Shown piece after piece: positions 1 through 10,734 of a stretch of 64,000 nt of DNA. Numbering within the stretch: the stretch's first letter is position 1; each line of letters opens with the position of its first letter. Origin of the DNA: Lepidodermella squamata (Eukaryota > Animalia > Gastrotricha). The notes beneath the pieces are model-generated. The model was given only the letters and a program-made list of their open reading frames with translations, did no database searches and had not been told where the DNA came from. The translations under genes and the position numbers were made by a program. The DNA lies in NCBI GenBank assembly GCA_047495785.1, contig JBLDXI010000021.1, positions 930,001 to 994,000 on the forward strand, in the 5' to 3' direction.

Positions 1-996
1 CCACGGTTTGTCGAAAGTCGAAAACAGTTCGCGCAAAATACCAGCGGAGGGGCAGAAAACAAGTTGACGCAAGCACAATTATTATTATGACCGAAATCTA
101 AAGGGAGGAGGGGTTTCAAAGATAAGAAATGAAGCTACTTCTTGGCACAAGAAGAGTGGGAAAGGTTGAGGAAGAACTTGCATTTCGAAATCTCATGATA
201 TCGTTATGAAAACATTTCGTCTTCTACACTGAACCCACACATCCTTGCTTGCCGTACGTATCAAAATAATGTGGAAAATGCCACCTAAGACCTTAAAAGC
301 GCGCTGGAACAGCGGAAAAAGCGCACTGCTGCACTGCGCGATGTGCGATTTTGCGATTTCCGCGCAGAATAAATGCGGCAGTTCCTATGCCCCGATTTTA
401 ATTTAAAAGAATCTAGAATTATTTTTATTTTGAATCAGGTCAAAATATGTAGAATATTAATTTGTCCTTCACAAGCTGTCTTTTGAATATCGGGCGCCTT
501 CAATGCTTTTTCGTCTCAGTCAGTTTTGTGAGCCTTCGTAGTTTTCAGTTAGTTTAGGGTTCTCCTGACATTAAATGTCCAGGCATTAGAGTGAGCGTTG
601 AACGTTCAGACACGCAGCTGTTTCGCAATTTGCAACCCTACTTTCCCAAAAACCGATCGTCATGGTCTTATATATTGATAGTTATAGTTGATAGTTACGG
701 GCGATGAGCAATGAGATACATAGTTGAGAAATTTAAGCTCCGATCAACCCTATCTGAAATGGTACACTCTGCCCTTGGCACTCCATGGATATTGTAGCTC
801 GCGCTTTTGTTCAGTTCGTTCATTTCTCCTCCTATTCCTTACTACTTTGTATTTGCACTTAGTTACTTACTCTGTTTTGAATTACGGATTACTCATGAGC
901 CTGTGACTCTTCCTCTGCTTTTCTCTTGCTAATCTCTTCAAATGTTTGCATTAATAGAGAAATCGTGTGTTTTAGGCGCGTTATATCTAATTGATT

Positions 997-2682
997 ATGC
1001 GAATCTTCATAGAGAACTCAGCGGATTCCCCGAAAGATAAATGGAAAATTGAAGTTGTGGCAAAACCGACAAATAAGGTTGCCACGTTGAAGAAAGCAAT
1101 TTTCAATTCTAAAGCGATTCCCATCTGCGAACAACGTTTGTTTTATCATTCTGTTCAGTTGGATAACGATCGTACTCTGGGATCGCATGGAATTGAGGAC
1201 AACGCTATCGTGAGCCTGGTTACTGGATATATCGCTCTTGTTACTGTTCATTTATCGGAGAAATATGCCATTAACGGACACGCATTAGGAACGATCTGCG
1301 ACCTGAAGAAAGCATGTGAGAAGTCTTTTGGCATGCCGGCGAAAAAATTATCGTTGCATGTTGAACATCGCTTGCAAAGTGAACTGCGAGATGATGTATA
1401 TTTGCTAAACGCTAATCATCGCCGTGGTCAGCGATTGTTTTTGCGAGTTACCGAAGAAAGCTATGCAATTACGTGCAAAACTCCTTCTGGGAAGCGTATT
1501 CAACTTCACGTTCGGCATGATGAAGACGTGCCATCTTTGAAAACGTCTTTCTTGAGAGCTTTAGGTGTCAACTCTGTGAATGTCGATCACATCGATTTGA
1601 GTTTTACTTTCAACGGACTTCCATTAATCGTGAATTCATCAGCGTCACTGTTGTCGCTTGGAATAACTGATTGCTCGATACTCGATGTGAGCATTCAAAA
1701 TTCGGCTAATTTCAGTGTCAAAGTGATCTCGAAGACTGGCTCGGAGTGCGAAATCGGCGACATAAATTGCATGACTTCGATTCATGCCATCAAGGAGAAA
1801 GTTGAAGCCGCGACGAAAACTCCTTCTGATCTTCAGCGTTTAAAGGTTTTTCTGGACGGTCGTGAAAATCCAAAGTATTTGCGCAAAGCACATCGTACTC
1901 TATTTGACTACGGCTTGTTAACGTCTACAACACTGCATCTTGACTGCAGCGACGCCGTTTTAGTTTCGAGCGACGTATTTGGATCTAGGTATTTCGACTA
2001 TTCGGAAAAATCCGAAGCGACAACTATTGAATCCTTGAAGGAGGAGATCGAGAGGGCTTGGGGCTGTAAGCCTGCTGATCAGATATTGACATTCAAGGGA
2101 GTTGCTCTTGAATCATCTGCGGAAAATGTCAATAATCCTCTCTTCTCATTTGGCGTGAAACGTATGTCTGAGATTCACCTGATCTTGAAACGACGAGCTA
2201 TTGTTACTCCTCAGAAATTCAAATTCACGCTGCTTGAGCATGTAGTTCCATTGCGGGTTTCGTCGACTAGTAATTTCGACGATTTGATTCCGAAAATTCA
2301 GAAGATCTTGGGGCCCAAGGCAGATATCGCTGACGGACTGTTTTTCACGGATTCGATGCAGAGTCTACAATTATCAGGAACTTTCGGCGAAAATAATTAC
2401 GAATCGGGTTTGAAGACATTGCATTTGTTCCGGCCGAAAGACGGCGCAACAATCGAAATAACAATTATGGGAATAGACCGTAAAGCGTTCAAGATCAAGG
2501 TCAAATCTAACGATTTCATTGAAAAGGTTAAGCGCCGCATCATGGCTGTGATAGATGTTTCAGTCGAAGAGCAGCGTCTTATTTTTGCTGGCAAACAACT
2601 GGAACATGGCCGCACTCTGCTGGATTACAACATAACAAATGGTGATCTAATTCACCTCGTTCTTCGTCTGCGTGGGTGCTAA
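997..2682 (+). CDS. Intronless multi-ubiquitin-like-domain protein (~7 divergent UbL domains), C-terminus LRLRGC
   Basis: Repeated ~75-80 aa units with Ub-fold motifs (LKKAI...IPICEQRLF...LDNDRTL; [17 protein letters not shown]; last unit IEKVKRRI...[23 protein letters not shown]...[10 protein letters not shown]). First ATG is at 997; the ORF track starts at a TTG at 991. AATAAA lies downstream. Confidence 0.88.
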   Translation: MRIFIENSADSPKDKWKIEVVAKPTNKVATLKKAIFNSKAIPICEQRLFYHSVQLDNDRTLGSHGIEDNAIVSLVTGYIALVTVHLSEKYAINGHALGTICDLKKACEKSFGMPAKKLSLHVEHRLQSELRDDVYLLNANHRRGQRLFLRVTEESYAITCKTPSGKRIQLHVRHDEDVPSLKTSFLRALGVNSVNVDHIDLSFTFNGLPLIVNSSASLLSLGITDCSILDVSIQNSANFSVKVISKTGSECEIGDINCMTSIHAIKEKVEAATKTPSDLQRLKVFLDGRENPKYLRKAHRTLFDYGLLTSTTLHLDCSDAVLVSSDVFGSRYFDYSEKSEATTIESLKEEIERAWGCKPADQILTFKGVALESSAENVNNPLFSFGVKRMSEIHLILKRRAIVTPQKFKFTLLEHVVPLRVSSTSNFDDLIPKIQKILGPKADIADGLFFTDSMQSLQLSGTFGENNYESGLKTLHLFRPKDGATIEITIMGIDRKAFKIKVKSNDFIEKVKRRIMAVIDVSVEEQRLIFAGKQLEHGRTLLDYNITNGDLIHLVLRLRGC

Positions 2683-3015
2683 TTCTGTGACTCAATGTCT
2701 GCCGCCTTTTTTATGCTTTCATTTTTACTTTCATAACTTTGTCTATTTACACCGTTTTTCTAATTGCGTTTACCATTTTCCGACTAATGATACCATCGAT
2801 TGACTGACTATATTTGCGAAATTCTGTTTCATCTTTGCCCGCTCTGTTGAAATATGGAATAAAGTCGAATTGGAAATGAGGTCTGATTATTACTGGAATT
2901 ATAGGCGTTAAATGGATTCTAAACTAGGCTTGGCAGCGGTTTTACGGGCTAGTCATTTATAATTTTTTATTATGATCCTAGGTTATCATTAAAAATGGTG
3001 CCTTATTTTTGAAAC

Positions 3016-4662
3016 ATGACGAAGATTTTGATCAAAAGCGTGATTCCGTCGTGGGAATTGACTCTTAAAGCTAAGTCCTCCGATCCAGTTTCGAAGCTGA
3101 AGGAGCAAATTCAAACGATTAAAGGAATTCCGATTGAATTGCAGCATTTGTGTATTCATGGATCGGCGAATGAACTTCGAGATGAGAGTAACTTAAAGTC
3201 GAGCAAAGTCAATTCGAAAACTACTTTGATTTTCACCGCGGATTTGTATGTCTACGTTACGCTATATCAGCCAACTGAGTTTTCACTCGAAGTTTCTCCT
3301 CTTGATAGTGTTCAGGAGGTCAAAGTGAAAATCGGAAATTTACTCGGAATTCCTCACGAGCGCCAGACGTTGTATACCTCAATGTATTCCTGGAATGATA
3401 TGAAGAACTGGAAATCGCTCCAACATTACGGTCTTCGTGCTGATTTGAAATGCAACGCTCGACTGTTTCTCAAAGCATTTGTTGACGAGGGTTTTATCAA
3501 GGTTCACATTCAAACGAATTCGGGGAAAAGTCGTATTTTCTATGTCTATCAAAGTGAAAAAGTGGAAAGTGTGAAAAGAAAATTTATGGCTTCAATTGGT
3601 CAAGAAGTTTTCAGTGATTTCGCATCCCTCTGTCACAAGGATGTTGTACTCGATAACAAACTGCCTCTGATGAATTACGGAATTAGCGACGGAGCAGTTC
3701 TGACGATCAAACTGAATTTTGACCCTCAGTTCAACCTTTTCCTTCGCGGTCAACAATCTCAGGAAAGTGTGTGCTTGCAAGGAATTCGGTTGACTGACAC
3801 TATCAATTCAATCAAGATGAAAATTCAAAATTTTCGCGGTATTCCGTTCGAGTTGATTGCCGTTCAAGATTCATCCCGCCGAAATCGAGTTCTGAAAAAC
3901 AACATGCGAACTCTTTTCGACTGCGGCCTGACGAATCCAGAGAATCAGCTGAGCTTTTTCGGCCGAGATTTGCTTCGAATCGAGAATGAAGCTTTCAGCT
4001 CACCTGTTTTGATCCACCTTAAGGGCGAGGCTGATCTTCAAATGAGTCTTGCTGAGCTGAAAAATCGAATTAACCGCGAAACGGGAATAAGCCAAGATGA
4101 TCAGTTTCTCTCATTTCTAGGCGAGCAGCTTGAAGAGGATGACGCAACTTTGAAGTCTCACGGTATCAAACTGGGCTCGAAATTGCATTTAGCAGTAAGA
4201 CGCCGTCGCCGCACGAATTCAATGTCCGTGAAAATTTTCGGCCCAATCATCACGGTTCGTCTTCGCGTGAAAATGACTGATACCTTCCCGATTTTGCAGT
4301 ACATGGTTTCATCGAAATTAGGCGTCGACATGACTGAATCGCCGTGGCGTGTTGAAAATGTCCGGCTGTACCGATACGAAGGCTCGCTTTTCGAACTTGG
4401 AATCACTCACAACACAGCGCTGGATTTGCTTCACTCAAACATTTGCCGAATTCGGGTTCACATTGCTCCGTCGATTTTGCAAATCTATGTCAACCAATCT
4501 GACTCGGTTTTGTCTTTGAAAGAAGCGATTTTCATGCTGAGTGGTGGTTTGAGCCCTGACAAACAGAAACTTGTTTTTGACGAGAAAGAACTAGAAGACA
4601 ACCGCGAATTGCATGAATACAACATTCAAGATGGCCACTTGATTTTTGTTGAGGAAAAATGA
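3016..4662 (+). CDS. Intronless multi-ubiquitin-like-domain protein, tandem paralog of 997-2682, no C-terminal di-Gly
   Basis: 548-aa ORF with repeated UbL motifs (VSKLKEQIQTIKGIPIELQHL; VQEVKVKIGNLLGIPHERQTL; PDKQKLVFDEKELEDNRELHEYNIQDGHLI) and the same domain spacing as the upstream gene. Confidence 0.87.
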   Translation: MTKILIKSVIPSWELTLKAKSSDPVSKLKEQIQTIKGIPIELQHLCIHGSANELRDESNLKSSKVNSKTTLIFTADLYVYVTLYQPTEFSLEVSPLDSVQEVKVKIGNLLGIPHERQTLYTSMYSWNDMKNWKSLQHYGLRADLKCNARLFLKAFVDEGFIKVHIQTNSGKSRIFYVYQSEKVESVKRKFMASIGQEVFSDFASLCHKDVVLDNKLPLMNYGISDGAVLTIKLNFDPQFNLFLRGQQSQESVCLQGIRLTDTINSIKMKIQNFRGIPFELIAVQDSSRRNRVLKNNMRTLFDCGLTNPENQLSFFGRDLLRIENEAFSSPVLIHLKGEADLQMSLAELKNRINRETGISQDDQFLSFLGEQLEEDDATLKSHGIKLGSKLHLAVRRRRRTNSMSVKIFGPIITVRLRVKMTDTFPILQYMVSSKLGVDMTESPWRVENVRLYRYEGSLFELGITHNTALDLLHSNICRIRVHIAPSILQIYVNQSDSVLSLKEAIFMLSGGLSPDKQKLVFDEKELEDNRELHEYNIQDGHLIFVEEK

Positions 4663-4810
4663 CTGTTTTGTTAATGTTTCTTACCAATAACTTGCTCAAT
4701 TATATCAAATTTCATATTTTGTTCCACTATATACTTGAAATCGACCGGTGCGATCATATATAGAGATAATTATACTCGCAATAAAATTTCGATTTTTTTT
4801 CTAGAAAATA

Positions 4811-6493
4811 ATGATGAGGATGTACATCATATCCGAGGCTCCTTCGTGGACGTATCAGGCTGATATCAAGCCCACATTTAACAGGTTCAAACCTTGAAGA
4901 AGTCGCTGGCTACGGCAATTAAAATTCCGATTGAGTACCAAAGTTTGCGATTTATGAATATCGAACTTAGGGACGATCGAAGTTTCGGGAGTTATCGTAT
5001 TGATAATAATGTGACGATAAATTTTTTCATAAAAATGCCAGTCTACACGATAATTCGTCATGCTGACTCAGGATTCAATGTGAAAGTCGACTTGCTCAAA
5101 GACAGCGTTCTCGATTTGAAGAAGCGTTTTTTTAAGTCGGATGGGCCAAGCGATGAGATGAAGGAATATCAACTAATGCTCCGTTATAACATTCCAGCTT
5201 GGCCTATAGCTTGTTTTTGATTGTTTTCGACGACCCGAATTCAGCGCGGATTTGCGTTGAAACATTTACCGGGAAAAGATTCTATATACGAGCTGATCTC
5301 AGTCAAACCATTGCTGAGTTTAAGTCGACGTTCAGCCAAAGAATAGGCGAAATTGCCCCGCTTTCTTCAATCAATTTTGAGCGTTACGGTCAAGTGTTTG
5401 CCGATCAGGCTTGTTTAAGCCATTATAACATCCGCCAAGGTTCCGTTATTCATGTAAGGTTTGACCCGAGATTACTTTGTCATGTCGATATTTCAATCGA
5501 TATAACGTCTGAGAAATGCGGTGTTCTCATTTTTTTCTTTTGGTAAAATTTGTTACTTGTTTTTAATGCCGATTTTGAAATACATTTTTCAGACAAGGTT
5601 AGTATTGGCGAAACAATTTCGTATTTCAAGCGACGCCTACGTGAAGAGATCGGAAAGAAAATTCAAACCCATGTTGGTCAGTGTGTACTTTTTTTGGGAG
5701 GGAAATTGCTCCCCTTGCAGCCTTTTCGATTATGATAAATATGCAGCCTCGATAGAGGTGCTTCAATTTCACGGCTGCAACAAATTTCGGCCGAAATTCG
5801 GGATCATGGTACCTCATAAAGAGCGAAGTTGTTCCATCTACAGTTATTACCCTCGGGAGACCAGGACATACCGTAGCAGTTTCTGTGCTAAAATCTGAAA
5901 TAGAACAAAAGCTGGGCATCCCTCGTTATAACCAAATCTTGTTACTGAAAGGAATCGAATTGAATAACGACGATATATTGCCAAATCTCGATTTCCCGGC
6001 TTTGCAGCTTGCTCTTCGTCGCGAGTCTTTCGAACGATTCGAGTATTCAGTTACAATTCGAGGTCCAATGCGCTTCGCTAAGATGCTGATTTCCCCAGTC
6101 GATAATGTCGATGATGTTAAGCAAAGGTTGATGGAAAGGTATCCGAATTCACCGGAGTTGTGGCAGTTCAAATGCTATCTAATCCCCGATTTGATCGGTT
6201 CGTTTCGAGAAAGTGGGATCGGCAGTCGAAGCGAGGTGATCTTCGCCCCACCTGGATCTATTGGGAACCGTCTCACTTTATCAATCGAATTTCCGACGGG
6301 CAGAACTTTTAACATGATAACGCATTCGAAAAGTCGTCTGAGCGAAGTGATCAAGGATATTCGAGACGCTGAACCGACGTTTCACAAGAAGCTATTAGTG
6401 TTGAAGCAAGGGACGCCGTTGGCCCGTGAAAATCTGACTCTCGCTGACTATGGCATTGAAAGTGACGAACATCTTAACGTTATTTATGGCTAA
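4811..6493 (+). pseudogene. Frameshifted third multi-UbL paralog
   Basis: ATG 4811 gives MMRMYIISEAPSW (compare MTKILIKSVIPSW), which stops after ~28 codons. UbL similarity continues in other frames (4894-5220, 5199-5546, 5550-5735, 5885-6493) over a span similar to the intact copies, with no clear introns at the breaks. Confidence 0.75.
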
Positions 6494-7157
6494 TTTTTTA
6501 ATAGCCAAAATAAAATACTAGCACCATCCGGTTTTTAATTGTTTACAGCGCGTTCCATAAGTATCGCAACCAAAAAGAAAATAAAACGAAAAGGATCAGA
6601 AAGTTCAAGTACAACATGAGAGGCTATGTCTTGACACTGGCCCGAAAAATTGCCAATTTTTCTTTCAGTTTTTTTGGCTCATCCGGGTTATTGCGCCAAG
6701 TATCAAATATTTTCGCTAAAATTTCAAATAATTTCGCAAAAAGATAATAATTTTGAATTATGTAGAAAAAATTGCCTGGGGAAAACTGCAAAATCAGAAA
6801 ATGGTTGCGCAACTTATAGGACCCACTGTATTATTTTCGAATTTCTTTATTTATTTCTTTATTTTAGCAACAATTTTCATGGTCGAGTTTGAATAGTTCG
6901 ACATGTTGATTCATATGGGCAAAATTTCAGCAGGATTATGAAATTGTAAAATGAGTCATATGTGCGTACTCTGCCCGCATGAGTCTTTTGTATTAACAGT
7001 GTCAAACGTGCTGACCATTGAACCATTCTTTCTCGCGCATTTGGATATTCATTATCCCTGACACGAAGCAAGCTGAACGTGCTTGTTACTACATACCTTA
7101 AGTAGTGGGGCTGAGAAAAAAAGGGGTGAACGTTATTACCATTCGGCTATCCTGGAG

Positions 7158-10100
7158 ATGCAGCGTTTTCCGAAATTGTACGGCTTGGCGCTAGATGGGA
7201 ATCACTTGAAACTGGAGAAGAAACTCGCGAAACTTCAGGCAAAAGAAACTTCTGCCCTTATATCGGCCGTCAGAAAGGTTTCATCTAAGAAGGCTCCAGG
7301 CAAGAATTTTATTGTGTAATTTTATCAGATGATCATCACAGCTGTTTTAGACTTCAGCTCGACCTTACTTGTAGGAGCTGTTTCTGGCGAATGCTTGAAC
7401 GCTGTTAAACTTCTTGTCGAAAACTACTCAGCTGATGTTGAACTACGGGGAGACTTTCACGGTTCAGATGGCATTATCAAAGCAGTTCCTCCTCTTTGGG
7501 CAGCTTGTAAAATCCGTTCGAAAACGCGGAAAATGGAAATTATCGAATATCTGCTCAGCAAAGGAGCGAATATTAATGCTAAAACTAAATCGAACTCAAC
7601 CTGCCTCAGATCAGCTGTGTACGACAATGACGTAGAAGTGAGATTTGTTTCAACTCTAAAGAATTCTGAATTTTTTGAGTCCTATAGTTGGTTGAGTATT
7701 TACTTGCAAGAGGTGCTGATCCTAATGCGAGAAATAGCGATGGTGTCACTATTTTGATGCTATCTTGCTGCGAAGATCGACATTTGAGGATAACAGAGCT
7801 ACTTCTCGACCACGGTGCTAATGTTCATCCGGTTTCCAGGGCTGGTAAATCCAAATCTTGATACTTGATTCTCTTCGAAATCTCGAATTATTTTCAGGCA
7901 ACACTGCGATATCATGGGCAATTTATTCGTGTAGCGTTACGCGGCTCCAGCGTTTCGAACTCCTCGCCGCAAATATAGGGGAAGGCTCAACCCTTGCGGA
8001 TGCCTACGAGTTATTGGGAAGTCAATTAACTGGCGAAGAACGCTTCAAATATTGGAAAATGGCGCTTGATTTAAGAGCCGAAAATCCAAATCTCAACGCC
8101 AAAGTCGTTCGACCAGCTGTGGTTATTGATGGGAACCGGGTCACTGAATTCAACTCAATCGAAGAATTGAAAGCTATTCGGAATAACCAAAAACTGACAA
8201 AACTGAATTGCCACCTGGTTATAACAACAAAATTTCGATGTTTCAGTCATTTTATTGGTTTTTATTTTCGTTAAGATTGGCGAAAGGGTTCGAGGCATTG
8301 TCTCCAATGCCAACTCCGCTCGTAATCGAAGCTCTCGATCATCACTTGGCGATTGGAAAGATGCAGTTATTAGCGATCTAAGTGCTTCCCTTCAACTTCC
8401 CCCGTACTCTTTCATCCCGTTTCAAGAGAGAAGTCCGCCTGCTTTTCATATTTCCCACAATTTTGACAATCCTCCTCTAAATTTTAGTTGTGAGTACTTT
8501 CAAAAATGCGATTCAATTCCTGCTGAAAGAAAGAGATCGCAGCTCAGGGAAGAAAGCTAAATTGGAGCAAATGGATATTTTTGAGCGTTTAATCAATCAT
8601 TTGCGGAATTTTATCTTGTGGAACAAAGATGATGGTAAGATCAAGAATTACATTTATAATTTAATGAGAACGTTTTTTTGTAGATCTGGAAGATGCGATA
8701 GAGTGGATAAAATTACCTTACAGCATTGGCTTCATTCTCATCGCAATATTGTACCAACTCACAAATGATCTTTCATTGGTTCAAAATCAGATCAACCAGG
8801 TAACATTTTGATCTTGTGACACTCATTGTTAGAATTTTTTGTCTAATTTCAAGTTGATTGGGCTGAAACTTGTTCATAACTTGAAATCTTTGCTGCTAAG
8901 TCTCAACGAACTGATAGAAAGCGACCTCTCTCTCGGTCTCGGCAATATCGAGCTTAAAGAATTGAATCGCGAAATTCTCAAAAAAGTATTGAAGATAGCC
9001 ATTGAAATGGCTCCGGAAGTAGCGCCAGAATCGATCCCTGACACCAAAAGCAGCGAAAATGAAGGAATTTATCCTGAGATTCCCACTATTTCCACGCCTC
9101 CTCTTCCATCACCGGTAGCTCGTAATAGCTACATTGAGCCGTCAGCATTAACTCGGTAATTGAGCTTGAAACTGAATAACTGGGAAATTTCATGAATTTA
9201 ACTCTTTCAGCGATCACTACACAAATGTAAGAAGTTTGGGAAACGGGAGCTGCGGCACAGCGTTCTTGGTCCGGCGAGAGATTGACAAAGTTTTAGTTGT
9301 ACTGAAAGAAACTAACCTCCGAGGTGTGACGCCCGATCACTGTGAAAGAGCTTTCAAAGAGGTTTGAACTCAACATTCCGTGACATTTTTTGAATACATG
9401 TTGTAGGCTGAAATTTTATCGAAAATACGTCATCCCCATGTCGTCCAATTTTTTAACTCATTCGAAGAAAACGACTGGTTTTTTATTGTTATGGAATATT
9501 GCTCAGGAGGTATGATCAATTTTATCGATCTACCTTATTCTTATTCCTGATACGTAGGTAATCTGGCTAATTTGATCGAAAAGCAGCGATTTGAAGTGAG
9601 GACATGGTTTCCGGAATATCAAGTAAGTTTTGGGAATTTGGTCATGAAATTTTTAAACTTTCAATTTTAGATAAGAATCTGGTCGATTCAATTAGCTTCT
9701 GCAATCAAGTGTCTTCACGACCTTAAAATCATCCATCGCGATATCAAAGGGCAAAATATTTTCTTGGCCGCTGATCAGAGTTTGAAATTGGGCGATTTCG
9801 GTATTGCAAAGCCATTGGAGTAGGTATTATCCATTTCTTTTATCTTTATGAAATTTTGGGATTTTTCTAGATCGGCTACATCGACTGTTACTCGAATAGG
9901 CACCATCAGTCACATTGCGCCTGAAATAATCTCCGAATCACCGTACAGTATGAAAGTCGATATTTGGGCATTGGGAATCGTCGTTTACGAACTAGCTGCT
10001 TTAAAACATCCGGTTTGAAATAGTACTTTTGACTGCTAATTACAGCTGAACTGTGTTTTTTCAGTTTGAAGCCGGTGTGCAGTTTGAAGTTATGAGTCGC

Positions 10101-10305
10101 ATACTCGGGTTAGACTTTTTCATAACTGTAATTATTTTTTGTTAATTTCACGCTTGTATAATTGATTAGTGGTAATCGCGATCCTTTACCAGTCACCGCA
10201 AACTACAGCGACAATTTGGTTCAGTTTGTCGACAGGCTGCTAATATGTAGGCCGGAATATCGGCCTGGAATCAATCAAGTTATGAGCGACGCATTTTTAA
10301 CATGA
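7158..10305 (+). CDS. FEM1-like ankyrin-repeat protein fused to a NIMA-related (NEK-like) Ser/Thr kinase, multi-exon
   Basis: The N-terminal exons carry FEM-1 hallmarks ([51 protein letters not shown]...YWKMALDLR). Intron 9156-9210 joins in frame to kinase exons absent from the ORF track: [68 protein letters not shown]. Stop at 10303-10305. Confidence 0.78.
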
Positions 10306-10511
10306 AGCGGTCATAACCCGGGTTATCTTTAATCTTACGATGATCCTATTGTTTCTTCTTGTTCAATAAATCTGTAAAAATGTGCAGCAAATATTGCAAA
10401 TTTTTTGTGTAATTTTTTTCTTAAAAAAATTCTAATGCCTTTTTGCCCATCAAACGCGCAATTTTCAGGAAAGAATGGATCTGGACCTTTTAACTGGGCA
10501 AAATTGTACCT

Positions 10512-10595
10512 CTGTTGATAGAAACTGCTACTGTTGATAGAAACTGCTACTGTTGATAGAAACTGCTACTGTTGATAGAAACTGCTACTGTTGAT
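10512..10595. repeat. 19-bp perfect minisatellite (CTGTTGATAGAAACTGCTA x ~4.4)
   Basis: Head-to-tail identical units with no spacers, read directly. Lies ~140 bp upstream of the TRIM-like ATG. Confidence 0.95.
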
Positions 10596-10734
10596 GTTCA
10601 ATCTGCTGCAGCCAGATGACGCCACTTGAGAATATAATTTGATACTGCTTGAAGTCTGAAGAGCTGTTTCACTTCTGTTTTCTCGCCTCAAATTTTAGCA
10701 ATCGAATCTTTAGAATTTTGGTTATTGGTGACAT

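Noticed and set aside
1-990. Possible gene end and the 60-aa ORF at 724-906
   Set aside because: Non-ATG start, low-complexity T-rich sequence that looks like intron or UTR, and no supportable product.
997-4662. Canonical polyubiquitin genes
   Set aside because: The units are highly divergent from ubiquitin and from each other and lack RGG junctions.
10512-10595. CRISPR-like array
   Set aside because: The units are contiguous with no unique spacers, the context is eukaryotic and there are no cas genes. It is a minisatellite.
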